64,000 nucleotides of DNA from assembly GCF_020745735.1 (NCBI RefSeq), contig NC_083417.1:64108001-64172000 (forward strand). Direction: 5' to 3'. The notes beneath the pieces were generated by a model. It did not search any database and was not told the DNA's origin. It saw only the letters and a program-made list of their open reading frames with translations. The stretch is from Hemiscyllium ocellatum (lineage: Eukaryota). Positions 13,355-25,688 of this stretch are shown here, one piece after another. A program made the position numbers and the translations under genes. Position 1 is the stretch's first letter; every line of letters starts with the position of its first letter.

Positions 13355-15770
13355 GTGCCTGGAGTCTGACCAACAAGGCAGATGAGCTGGGGGCACAAAG
13401 TAAAGCATGTGGATGTGTGCTGTCACTCAGACGTCGTTGAGAGAGGGCATGTCTGGAAGATCAATAATCCAGCATACAGAGCCGTCAGCCACGACAGGAA
13501 GTGAGGTAACAGAATAGTAGGCGTCACAGTTTTTATCAGAGGATTTATTGCAATTCTTTTATCTTTGTAAATCTATGCACAGATAGCCCAACAAATGAGG
13601 GGGCATAATCTTAGGCAATGAAGCTGGGCAAGTAGTTGATGTATTCATAGCGGACCATTTTCCAGATAATAAACAGGACTCAATTAGATTTAAGATTGTC
13701 ACGGAAAAGGACAGGGCTGGGCCCGAAATCAAAGTTCTCAATTCGGGGGAAGGCTGACGTTAATAATATCAGATATGATTTACCAGACTGTACTAGAAAC
13801 TGATACTTCGATGTAAAGCTGATTCAGAACAGCAGAATACTTTCAAGAAGGAAATGTGGACAGTGGAGAGCCAATATGTTGTGATAAAGAAAAAAAAAGA
13901 AGGACAATAGCATCCTGTGAACCCTGGATATCAAGGGATACACAGTATTGGATTAAAACAAAAAGACAGACTAATGGCAGGTACCAAATGCTCAAAACTG
14001 CAGAAGCTCTAGATGATATAGAATGTGTAAGACGTAACATAGGTGTCCGATCGGGCAAGTTAAAAGAAGATACCAAAAGACACTGGCAGATAAAATAAAG
14101 GAAGATCACAAGTTGTTTTATAGGTGTATTAAGAATTACGCAGGAATGGATGGGGCCGATTAAGGATCACAGTGGTAATTTGTCCGTGGAGCCATAGGAT
14201 ACAAGTAGGGTCCTAACTGAATACTTTGTGTCGATGTTCATTAGTGAGAAAGGCATTAAGGTTGTAGAAATTATGAAGAAGGTCTGTGATACGATTTAAG
14301 AGATTAGCATACACGGAAAGGAGTTCTGAGTAGTCTAGCAGGTTTGAAAGTAAATAAATCTCGAGGACCAGATGAAATGCAAAACAGGTTGTAGAGTGTA
14401 GCAAGTGATAAAATAACAATAATGCTTGCAAAAGGTTGCCATTCCTCTCTGGCAACCAGAGAAGTGTTGGAGAGATGGAAGACGGCCGATATGGTCCTGT
14501 TATTCAAGAAAAAGAAAGTGTCAAACCAGGAAACTACATGCCAATCGTTCTAATGACTGCTATTAGTAGTGAAACGATTGGGAGAAATTCATAGGTACAG
14601 AACGAATCTGCATTTAAAGAGGGAGTGATTAATCCAAAACAGTCGGCATGGTTTTGCATGGAAAGTTATTCCTAACCAACGTGACTAAATTTTTCAAAGA
14701 CGTGACGCAGTATGTAGACGAGGGCAATGCCTTTATTGTAGTCTAATTGTACTTTATCGAGATTTTTGATAAAGTCCGATGTGGGAGAGTTATATAGCAG
14801 CTAAGAACCCATGGGATGCAAGGAAATCTAGCAAATTTGACCTAGAATTGGCTGAGTGGCAGGACGTAGAGTACAACATTGCAGAAACATTTTTGTAGCA
14901 GGAATTACGCATCCAGTAGGGTCCTACCATGGGTCAGTGTTGAGTCCCTTGCTGTTGGCGTGTACGTATAAATCATTAGACTTGAATGGAGGAGGCCTGA
15001 TCAGTACTCACGCAGATGAAACAAAAAATCATGGTAAATAGTCAGGAGGATAAACTCACTATAATAAAATATAGAAGAGCTGGTCTGATGTGCTCATCGA
15101 TAGCAAATGGAAGTCAATCCAGACCAGTCTTAGATGATGCACGTGGGCAGGACAAAGAAAGCAAGGGACTAAATGATGAATGATAGGGACCTCCGATGCA
15201 CGGAGGATCAGAGGCACCTTGGCATGCATGTACACCGTTACTTTAAGCTATCAGGACAAGTAGATACGCAATGAAGAAAACAAATGGGATACTTGCCTTT
15301 ATTAGTCGATAGAGTTTGAGAGCGGGGAGGTCATGCTGTTTTCGCATAAAACCTTGTTCAAGCCACAGCCAGAATATTGTACACATTTATGGACTTCACA
15401 CTTACAGGACTGATGTGTTATAACTAGGGAGGAGGAGATTTACAAGGGCGTTTCCTGGGCTGGAGAGATTTAGTTGTGAACAGAGATTTAACAGACCGGG
15501 ATTGTTTTGCTTAGAGCAGAAAGAGTGAGAAGAGACATGGTAGAGACACATAAATTACGAAAGACATGGACAGAATTGACAACAAGAATTTTTTTTATCC
15601 TTAATGGAGGGATCACAAGGCATAGATGTTTGGTAAGGGACAGAATGTTCAGAGGAGATGTGGGAAAAAAACTTCTTTACCGAGAGGGTGGAGGGAATCT
15701 GAGGCTCACTGCCTATCGGGATGGTAGATGGGGAAATCCTCGATGCCAAGACATAGAAGGCTATTGGCGA
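13355..15770 (+). mobile_element. CR1 LINE ORF2 remnant (APE endonuclease + RT); 3' tail resumes at about 17300-17410
   Basis: RSLTNKADEL-like start, degraded FDKV and ADETK motifs, CR1 tail. Split by the Penelope insertion at 15770-17290. Confidence 0.8.
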
Positions 15771-17290
15771 AGAGTGTTGTGCTGGAAAAGCACAGCCCGT
15801 CAGACAGATTCCAAGGAACAGGAGAATCGATGTTTCAGACATCGTGGAACAGTCCATCTTCCACATCTGCACCAGTACTATTTCCCATCTTTTCACCCAT
15901 TACATCAATGTATGTATTGGCACTATCTCATGTTCCCATAAGGAGGTTGAACAGTTCATCAACTTTACAAATACTTTCCACCCCGACCTCAAGTTCACCT
16001 GGACCATCTCATACACCTCCCTGCGATTTCTGGACCTCTCCATCTCCATTTCTGATGACCAAGTCAACACAGACGTCCACTACAAACTCATGGACTCCCA
16101 CAGCTACCTGGGCTACACCTCCCCCCACCCTGTCTCCTGTAAAACAAAATCTTTTATTTCAATTTCCTCTACGTCCACTTCATCTGCTCTCAGGAGGATC
16201 AATTCCATCGTAGAGTATCCCAGATGGCCTCCTTCTTCAAAGTCCGAAATTTCCCCTCCGACGTGGTCAATTATGCCCTCCAACATAACGACTCCACTTC
16301 CCGCACTTCCACCTTTGAACCCCAACACTCCAGTCGCATCAAAGGCAGAACTCCCCCACCCCCACTCCTCACCTACCACCTCACCAACCTCCGGATAAAA
16401 TACATCATCCTCCAGTATTTCCACCACCTACAAACAGACCCCACCACCCGAGATATATTTCCCTCCACACCCCATTTCCACTTCGGAGAGGCCTTTCCCT
16501 TGTCAATTCCTCGATCTCCTACCAACACACTCTCCCCTCCTGGCACCTTCACCTGCCATTGGAAGAAGTGCAAAACCTGTGCCCACACCACCTGCCTCAC
16601 CTCCACCAAAAGTCCGAAAGGATCCTTCCACATCCATCAGAAATTTATCTGTATTTCCACACATGTCATCTGCTGCATCGGTTGCACCCGGCATGTTATC
16701 ATCTACATTGGGGAGACAGTACACCAACTTGCACACTGTTTCAGAGCATATCTCTGGGCTACCTTCACTAACCCACCCCACTGTCTGAGTGCTGAACACT
16801 TTAACTTGCCCTCCCATTCCGTCAAGTACACGCAGGTGCTGGGCCTCCTCCATCTCAAACACTAACAACCCGACCTCTCGAGGAAGAATACCTCATCTTC
16901 CGTTTTGGGAACCTCCAACCACACAGGATCAATGTGGATTTCACCAGGTTCCCCTTTTCCTCTCCTCCCACCTTATTCCAGTCCCAACCTTCCAACTCAC
17001 CACCACCCTCTTGAACAGTCTTACCTGTCCATCCTCCTTCCCTCCTACCTGCTCCCACCTCCTCTCTGACCTATCACTGTCACACTACCTTCATCTTCCT
17101 ATGACTTTCCCAGGTACGTGTGGCCCAGCCCCACCTTCCTCCTATTTATCTCTCAGCCCACAAGCCTCATTGCTGATGAAGATTCTATGCCCAAAACACC
17201 GACCGTCCTGCTCATTAGATGCTGCCTGACTAGCTGTGTTTTTCCAGCACCACACTCTTCGACACTGATCTCCAGCATCTGCAGTCCTCA
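15770..17290 (+). mobile_element. Penelope-like retroelement (RT C-term + GIY-YIG endonuclease) nested in CR1
   Basis: FINFTNTFHPDLKFTWTIS..LRFLDLSISI (RT thumb) and HVICCIGCTRHVIIYIGETVHQLAHCFRAYL (GIY-YIG). Inverted partial terminal repeat at the 5' end (15775-15845), direct terminal repeat at 17165-17290. Confidence 0.88.
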
Positions 17291-19394
17291 TTCTCGTATT
17301 TGGACTGGAAAATGGGATTAGAATAGTTGCGTGGTTGTTTTACAACGTGCAAACTCAATAGTCTGAGATGTATTTTCCTGGGCTGTAGAGGTCAACGAAT
17401 CTAAAGACTTTTAAATTGATAGTGATATCACCTCATTTATCTATCAACCTTTTCCTTAATGTGATCTGTATGTCGGAATGAGTGAGTTAATATATCAACT
17501 CTATATAGCAGTTTGAAGCAGTTGGACAGAGTTGTTTACCTGAAGATAGATTATATTTAGCGTTGAAACATTGAAATATCTACTTAGTTACCAAACTAGT
17601 CAACGCAAAACCATTTTTTAGAGTATGAAAAAAAATGGAAAGGAAAACAATGCTGGAATTTTGGACTGAGCTGGTAGGACTTGAAACCCCAGCCGTTGAA
17701 GAAATCAACAAAGCTGTATTCTTTGTAGATCTGAAGTAAAGATAAACTAAACAAAAAAATACCATTTTAAACAGCTCAAACGATAGGGAGTGAGACTGAT
17801 AACCCACTTGTGATGCCGAAACAGCTAAAGCTTTCCTGCACGTGTAACATATACAAGAGTCTGTTTTACCGAGTATCTTGCTTAAGGTGTACAACGATCA
17901 TTCTATCTTATTGGCACCCCTATGCAGAATGAGCTGGCGTATGATTGCACATCAGGGTTCATTTAATTTGCCTTCTATTGCAACATCTGTAACGTTAGAC
18001 CAAAATGCTTTAAAAGATTCTTGAGGAAATATGAATTCCTGATGTAGGGCATATGCCTAAAGTGTCAAATCTCCTGCTCCTCCAATGCTGCGTGACCGGG
18101 TTTTGCTTTTCCTGCACCACGCACTTCGATGCAAATTGAACCACCGAACCAGTTTCAATTTGCTGTTATTTAAAAAGAAACTTTAACGATATAAATCTAT
18201 TTGCCATTTAAATTTAAATTGAAATTGCCTTTGTGTGTTTGAACTAAACATTTGTATCGAGTTGTGCTGTCAATCCCTATTACACAAACAATACATCCAG
18301 GCTTGATGGTTTTGTATCGTGCTCTTATATTGAATATTAAAGTAATTGTAGTGAGTTTAGGATTCTTCTGTTTTCAAAAACTTTGTCTCCGCAAGACTTC
18401 CAGCTCCAAATTGTGATCTTCAAACTAATTTAAAAATGAAAATGAAAATAAAACCGCTGTGGCTTTGGAATGAACCTAATGGCTTATCCATGTCTAAGCA
18501 TATATGCTAAATTTATAAACCCAGAAATTAGTTGGTCCAAAATCACACATCTCACCACTCAGAAGGTGTGCTCGAAGATTTAAAATTGTTTGCAGAAAGA
18601 GTTAACTCTTCTGGTCTGAGAAGGGGTAGGGTCCAAATAACCCACTAACATCATATTGTACATTCATGTACACTCCAAAAAATTGTTTAAATCTTTGGAT
18701 AATTTAAAAGTAACATTTTAAATGTTCATTGTCATCAATAAAATCTTATCACATTATATCCCTTGAAGCCTTCAAAATTGAACAATACCTGTATGTATAC
18801 AAAACAAAAATGCCTTTCTAAGTTCGGACATGAAATTCAATGTCTTCCAAAAATGTTTAAATGTTGACATCAAATCTGTCCAGTCGCAACGGTGTGACAA
18901 CCTGCACCCTTTCCTCGTATCATGCGTGATGGATACATTGCTTTCCTCTTGGTAATCATTTTTACTCTGCAGCTGTTTTCCTAATTCTCACAGTGTTTTA
19001 TTTTCTGACCCAATGGCAAATCGCACAAAAGGACACTGTAGGTTAAATCAATTGCTCCTTTCATGGCCTTCAAAATCCTATTATGGAACACTTAATAATT
19101 ATCCTTCACAATTTACAATACAGGTGTCACTGGCGATGATCCTAAATTTTTCATTAAACAACCTACAAACTGCATTTTAGATTATCCCACCTACGTGGTT
19201 ACTTCATACGGAGACTGCTGCTCCTCACAGCTTCGCAAAATTTAAAGCATATTCAATGGTAAACCTGCTATCTATCCTCCTCGCTAATTGCCCTAAAAAT
19301 ATTATGACTACACCTACTAGTCTTCCTTATGCTAGGCCCAACTGTAGCAAAGCTTCATGATTGAAGCCCGAGATTTAGCTATTTATGAACTTTC

Positions 19395-21020
19395 TGTATT
19401 GAACATTCCTCAAATTAAATTGGACAATGAGAAAGTTGTCAAAAGTACTGAGTTACATTCCAGAGGAAAATCAAAATGGTCTGAAAGAGTTATTACTATC
19501 ACATTGGGAGAGAAGTGGAAATAAGCTTGGAAGTAATAACCTAATTATGCATGACGTAGATATAGGAAATGCTGTTCCAATAAGCAGCATCCTTATAAGC
19601 ATAACCGTCTAAAGTTGGCACAGGGTCAAAAGAAGATTGAACGCATGCTCCAAGACGACATAATTAAAGTGAGTTACAGTGACTGGAGTTTTCAGTAATA
19701 ATGGTGGCAAAACAAGATGTTACCCAATGATTATGTGTGGACAATGGCAAAATCAATGCAGTTACAAAGATTGATGCATATCTGAATCCATGTTTCGAAG
19801 ACTGCAATGAGAAGGTGGGACAAGCAACTTATATTTCCAAGTTGAACTTGCTCATAGGATACTGACAGGTACCTTAGTCAGAAAGAGTAAAGGTAGTTTT
19901 GGCTTTTGTAACACTGAATGGAATGCATCCATTTAAAGTTATGCCATTTGCAATGAAAAAAATGCACCATCACATTTCAGAGACTAAGCAATAACGTCAT
20001 CACCGCATTACCCAACATTGTCATCGATATCAATGTCCTGCTGATCTTCGTCACAAATGGAAGGAATACTAACAACATTTGTCTGACTTGGTTGATCGAT
20101 TTTGGAATGCAGGCTTGGTTTTAAACCTGACTAAAAGTGAATTCGTTAAAGCCCAAGTCACCTTCTTCGGTGATGTTATTGGACACGGACAAATGGTCCC
20201 ATGAGATGCAAAAGCAAAAGTAATTGGGGACTTTCCCATACTGTTGACAAAAGGTGCAGTACAACGGTTCCTAGGGTGAGCAGATTGAATTGAAATTTTA
20301 TACCAAACTTTAACGGTGTGGCTGCAGCACTCAGTGAATTACTAAAGAATGGTATGAAGTTTCAGTGGACAGCAAACTGTCAGAAGGCATTTGATAGACG
20401 TAAAGCTGTGCAAACCACTGTCCAGGAATGTGCTATACCTATTTATGCAAAGCCTGTCAAGGTGGCTATTGATAGAAGTAATGTTGGCGTCAATGCTGTG
20501 TTCTTGCAAGTGGATGACAAGAAGATAAGAAGATGTGTTCGGTATTTCTCCAAGAAGTTAAACATTCATCAACAGAAATATTGGACGGTTGAGAAGGGGA
20601 CTTTGAGATTGATGTTGGCATTACAACATTTCAGTATTTATGTTGCCAGTGACATTTCTGAGACAATCATATACACTGATCATAACCCACTGAAGTTTGT
20701 GGAGAAATTTCAGGACAAACATGCCAGACTATTTAGATGGACCTTATTGTTACAATCATTTAGTTTAAAAATTGTCCGTGTGGTAGGACGTGAAAGCGTG
20801 ATTGCCAGTGCATTGTTGAGACAGGAAGGAGAAATGGAGGCATTCAGTGGCAGGCGTACAATTGACTGAAACCAAATGTAGTTATGCATGTTTGCACATT
20901 TATAGTCAATGAAATGCATATGTGCGTTTTAGAGTACTAACAAATTTTAAGGGGGTTTTAAATAAAGCCATCTTTAGGTATTGATGGTCCTTTTTTTTAA
21001 AGGGCAGTGGTGTGACGAAG
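19395..21020 (+). mobile_element. Gypsy (Gmr1-like) LTR retrotransposon pol remnant: RT-RNase H, PPT, first 10 nt of 3' LTR
   Basis: HDVDIGNAVPI before RT. ORF 20318-20869 is RNase H (YFSKKLNIHQQKY..VEK...IYTDHNPLKF...RLFRW). Then stop, aaagggcagtgg and TGTGACGAAG at 21011. Confidence 0.88.
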
Positions 21021-21030
21021 CTACTCCTTT

Positions 21031-21292
21031 TGTGAAGCGTGGGATACTGAACAAGTATAATTGGCTTCACTTTGAACAGGGTGTGCCACAGATAAAGACC
21101 TGGAAACTTGGTAGAGTCTCTTAGTGTTCTGCACTTTAAGGTTCTATATTCCTAATACAGTTTTGACACAATTTTATACCAAGTTACCGAGATATTCTCA
21201 GAATATAACTTCGCCATCTCACACATGTGTCAAAAACACGTGTAAATTTCCTTCAGGTGAACTGGAAATGATCCCCAGCGGTGTTGGAGGCT
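21031..21292 (-). pseudogene. Gene A: Ig C1-set domain exon, frameshifted and 3'-truncated
   Basis: PPTPLGIISSSPEGNLHVFLTHV/(fs)C-EMAKLYSENISVTWYK/(fs)...RLYQVSRSLSVAHPVQSEANYTCSVSHAS shows the C1 motifs C..(F)Y(P)..I.VTW, Y..S..L and YTC.VSH. Homologous to 46028-46332. Confidence 0.85.
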
Positions 21293-21559
21293 TTGTGAAA
21301 TAGAACCTGAACTGCATCGAGTTATTATGTACAGTTATGAGAAAATACTAGGTTGTACGTGATGGTACAGTTTATGATGATAGTGTCACTCAAAACAGAG
21401 ACCACCAATCCTTGTGGTGTTAAAAGTGGTCATCTGCACATACTTCAAAGTGGTATCTTTGGAAATCAACATCTGCTCAGTTTTACTTCCACTAATTAAG
21501 ACCTGGGTTACTTGGCAGATCCAGTGACAAAATTGTTCCAAATCATAACAAGGCTCTTC

Positions 21560-23700
21560 AATGCACTGTGTTTGAGTAGGACCTTAGACATAATCATTCA
21601 CTTACTTCAGTCCTCCAACATTTTCCCACATCAATATACATTCTTCCAATTCACATGTTAGTCGAAAACCATTTTTCTAACATTTCCCTATTTGAGGTCT
21701 ACATTGATAGAAGGAGTAAAATTGAAACCACTGCATTTGCTAAGTCAGGAGCTTTTTATTTTACGACCGTACAGCCCTGAAATTCTCAATATCCTGCCTG
21801 TTTATACCTCCATCCTTTCATAAAATAATGGTTTCAACTTACTCCCGTCGTTTAACCTCCCGATTCATGCATATGACTGGGATGTTACTTGTGTCCTGTA
21901 CAGGAAAGTTTCTGAAAAATCAGTTTGTAAAGTAGCGAATGTGACTATTCTGTTGAAGAAAGGAAGCACGGAAGCAGGAAGCAGTAAATTTTAAGACAGT
22001 TAACATCTGGCATCTGTAAAAGGACGAGATATTTTGCTCAAGCGAACATAGGGAGTTTGGGAATATCTAAATTTTACCATGCAAAGTCAGCATGATTTTG
22101 TGAAAGAAAGTAAAGTTTGACTAACTTATTGGAGTTGTATGAGGAAATGAACAAAAATGGAGGTTTGGAGTGGCGCTATCATATCTCATCTCGCTCTTTT
22201 TTCGTCAGTATGAATATCCAACCTGTACAATCTACCTTAAAAAAACAACGAATGACCATTTTAATGGTTTCTATAACGTTGTGCATCCTCTTCAATACCA
22301 TTATATTCTTCCAAAAATGCGACACCCAGTACTGGATACATGACTGTGCATTTTACTTTGTCACTCTAAGCTCCTAACAAACATGGACCGAAGAGTCTAT
22401 TTCCATGCTGAACATCTCTGTGACTCTTTGACTCTATGTAAGATAAAGTTACTGGGCATTGAACTTCATCTATTTATCCGACCATCTTGCCTTCTCATAT
22501 TTATTCTGTTTATGATTGACAATATCCTCCTTGAAATTCATGACAGTTCTGAACTGCGCATTATCCAGTATAAAAAAGAAACCTGCTCAGTAGAAAAGGA
22601 TTCTCGTCATTAGCAAAAATAAAGTCTCAACAGTCATCCTGGGAAATTCTGCAACGTACATTTCTCCAATTCCAAAAACACTACTCATTTCTTTTTCCCA
22701 GTTCCTGCCTCGGCTCAAATTTGATTGCATGTTGCTACATTCCATGAATTGTAATTTAGCTCGCTCATCTGTTGTGTGCAACGATGTGAAGTAGCTTTTG
22801 AAACCTTATGAACACCACATTCATACCATTGCTCTTCTCAGCAACGTTAACTGTTGCAAAATACTCCAACAATTAGTTTTGCACGATTTTCCGTTAGGAA
22901 ATCCATGATCACGTTCTTTAATGAAGCCAATGTTTCCAAGTGACAATTAATTTTCGATCAAGAAATTGTTTCAAGAAATGTCCCTGCCAGCAGAGTTAGA
23001 TTGATTGTCCTTGTGTTGCTCGATTTATCTTTCTTTGTGTCATTCAACAGCAATATACTACTTCGAAGTTTTAGACCTCTGGTAACATCCCTGAGTCTAA
23101 TTGATGTACTGACATTGCCGCTGCGTTACCATTCTTATTTCACTTAGCAACATTGGATGTGTCACTTTTTGTATTGGTGCCTTTCACACGTAAGTAAGAC
23201 AGCATATAGAACACCTGCTCCTTCTCAGCTTTATACCTTGTTGTATCTAAATATTGTCCTGTTTCACTGCGGCCTGGATAGCATCTTCTTCCTCGATGAA
23301 GACAGTTGCAGAATATTAATTTAGCATCACAGCTATTTCTTCTCCCTTTATACGAAAGGTTTTTTTCCCATGAAATTTTCTCTATTCCTATTTTTTTTGT
23401 TACTTTACTCACACCTTCACCTGGAAAGTATATTAGTTTTCCATGTAAGTTCGCTGTCAGTATATTTTCATATTCCCATTTTGTTCCTCATTCTTGCATT
23501 CTCACCTGTCTTCTGAGGTTTTAATATTCAGCTTTGTTGGAACCGTATTTCCTGTCTGGCATTTGCCTAAGCAGACATGTCGCAGCTTCTCAATGTTTGG
23601 TGTTTAAGAATGGGAAATAACATTTAAAAACCTGTTGTATAATTGCTGTTCTGCATCATCGCATGTTTATTATGTATAGATGCACACTGAATATACCTGC
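21560..23700. mobile_element. Mixed degraded CR1 fragments in the gene A V-C1 intron
   Basis: CR1 RT-like stretches in both orientations (e.g. gcaaagtcagcatgattttgtgaaagaaag...ttgactaacttattggag). Confidence 0.55.
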
Positions 23701-24134
23701 TAATAAAGTGAAGCAGTTGATTCATAGGGAACTGATTTGATAGTCGAGCCAGACAACTTGTAAAATAATTTATATTCTGCTGAAACGCAATGGTTTAGGC
23801 AACAGAGTCTTTGCACAATTTTATTCACTGAGCTCCATGAAGTGATATTGTTACATGATTCAAAATGAGCTGTGAAACCCATATATTGTGAGTAGGCGAA
23901 ATAAGAAAAATGTGTTCATTACATCACATTCAAGGAATCTACTCTGAAAATTTGCTGTCAGAGATCAAGTATATGCATTGCCTTTACAGCACAAACTCTA
24001 ATTGCCTAGTATCATACATGCCGCAATAATCTCCATGCAATAGTGGATGCCAAAGAGGTATTTTTGTTGCTGTAAGTTATTCTTTATGGTCTATACCTTT
24101 ACGACCATTAGATTGCTCCTTCTTTCACACTTAT

Positions 24135-24452
24135 CATAAATAATTAGTTGTGATCCGGTTCCATTTCCACAAAATGTCCCTTGACACATCACTGTGCAGT
24201 AATAGATTCCAGAGTCTTTGAGAAATGCGTTCAGCAATTTGAATTTACTCAACCATTTGCTATTTATACTAAACTGTTCTCTAGCGTTATTGCTGTCTGG
24301 CAGGTATTCCGACTCACTCTGTTTCCACCAGCATACCCTTACACAAGAAGGATCCTGCGAGGTGAAGAATATGCAAAAGAACGTTATACTTTCACCACAA
24401 TGCACAGTCGTTTGTTTGGATGTCTGAATTACCCTGAACGAAACGCCCACAA
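24135..24452 (-). CDS. Gene A: germline-joined VJ-type Ig V domain exon (open; read-through stop at 24091)
   Basis: Acceptor tttctgacAG, phase 1, in frame with the leader. VGVSFRVIQTSKQTTVHCGESITFFC...VCWWKQ...FKLLNAFLKDSGIYYCTVMCQGTFCGNGTGSQLIIY has B-strand C, C-strand W, DSGxYYC and a J-like GxGxxL. 318 nt. The expected donor reads G|ATAAGT. Confidence 0.9.
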
Positions 24453-24854
24453 CTGTCAGAAATATAATGACATAAAGGCTCGTTGCGTGAGATCAACCTG
24501 GGGAAGCGAGAAAAACAAAACAAAAAAATCCTATAATGTGGTGTAGTATGTGAGGATAAGTGAGGGTTACTGGTGGTAATATGTGAGGTTTCTAGCGTAA
24601 CTGAAGGAAAAGTGTTGTGAAGTTAGAAGCTTTAATGTTCTATCACAGTCTAAGAATGTGTTCAAGGCAAGTGGGGAGAATGGGAGTCTCCCCTGGTCAG
24701 CTATACTTGATCTGGATTGGTGTCCCTTATTTTACACTCTCCAGAAATCTGCTATAGTCTGCCCTTAGAGGCGCTAGCGCTGGGCAGAGCAAATGAGAAG
24801 AAATTACTACGAAAACATTTGATAAATTTCCTATACCAATGAATAAAGATTTAC

Positions 24855-24909
24855 CTATGTTATCGAACCAGCATATAGCCAGATACAGAAGCACCAAGCT
24901 TGCTGTCAT
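24855..24909 (-). CDS. Gene A: signal-peptide exon
   Basis: ATG...MTASLVLLYLAICWFDNI+G|GTAAAT. 55 nt, phase 1, 402-nt intron to the V exon acceptor. Confidence 0.85.
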
Positions 24910-24944
24910 TCTGAGGAGCTGATTTAGTTGACCACTCTCTGCAG

Positions 24945-24983
24945 TTCCTGCGCAGTTACGACTGTTGAAAAGAATTTGTGGTT
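24945..24983 (-). promoter_or_regulatory. Putative proximal promoter motifs of gene A (ETS CAGGAA, RUNX AACCACA)
   Basis: TTCCTG at 24945-24950 and TGTGGTT at 24977-24983, within 75 nt of the ATG. Short motifs, motif match only. Confidence 0.3.
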
Positions 24984-25688
24984 AGTTTTGCTTATATTGT
25001 TTGGCAATGACGTTTTGTGTCAAATAGCTGCTGATTGACAGAATTTTTTTTGTTATGCTTTGATATTTCTCCATAATGTAAAATGGTTGAATTTGAATGC
25101 TATTAGTGAGAGAGAGTCGAGGAATTCACACCTAGAGATTGCAACAGAAAGGCAAATGGTAACAAAGTGTATTGTGAAGAATGCTTAATGGGGTTACAGA
25201 GAGATTTTTGCAGATATGTTGTGCGAGTGAACAAAAACTGCACAGACAAACGAACGTGCATCACAAATTGAAATTGGTAGGTACGATGCTGAAGTCATGA
25301 AAGAGAAGGCATCAAGATTGTGAACTTTATCTCCAAAGATAACAGGAAGCTATACTGTATTGGAAGGCATAAGATCTGTGCAGACAGAGTTCAGGAACTG
25401 CAAAGGCAAAAAGACCCTGACTGGTCTCTCCAAGCCATAATCTGGATGTGGAATACAAAATTAATCGGGGAGATAAAGCTATGCAAGAAAAGCCCTACTA
25501 CAACAGTCACAGGAGACTTCCATATACTTCCATATCAGGTTGCCATCGGACCACAAGAAAAAGAATTCAATGAATGTCGATGATGTGTTAAAAACCAGGC
25601 CAGACCCCCTTAAAACATTTCAAGAAACTAGCCTGGAGCTTAACTTTGTTAGTGGTTTTAAGAAGTTTTGCAGTGAATATTGTAGGAG

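Noticed and set aside
15844-16865. Overlapping 184- and 213-aa ORFs, the longest in the window
   Set aside because: Frameshifted Penelope RT/GIY-YIG pieces.
17580-17730. Strong minus-strand acceptor as gene A's TM exon
   Set aside because: The phase-1 frame stops after 9 codons, and no frame gives a convincing TM helix or the family GGL motif.
20318-20869. 183-aa ORF
   Set aside because: Gypsy RNase H remnant, not a host gene.
24091-24452. Rearranging Ig/TCR V segment or IgNAR locus
   Set aside because: The J-like strand is already joined in the exon. No complete RSS with a good nonamer, and no separate D/J segments were seen.
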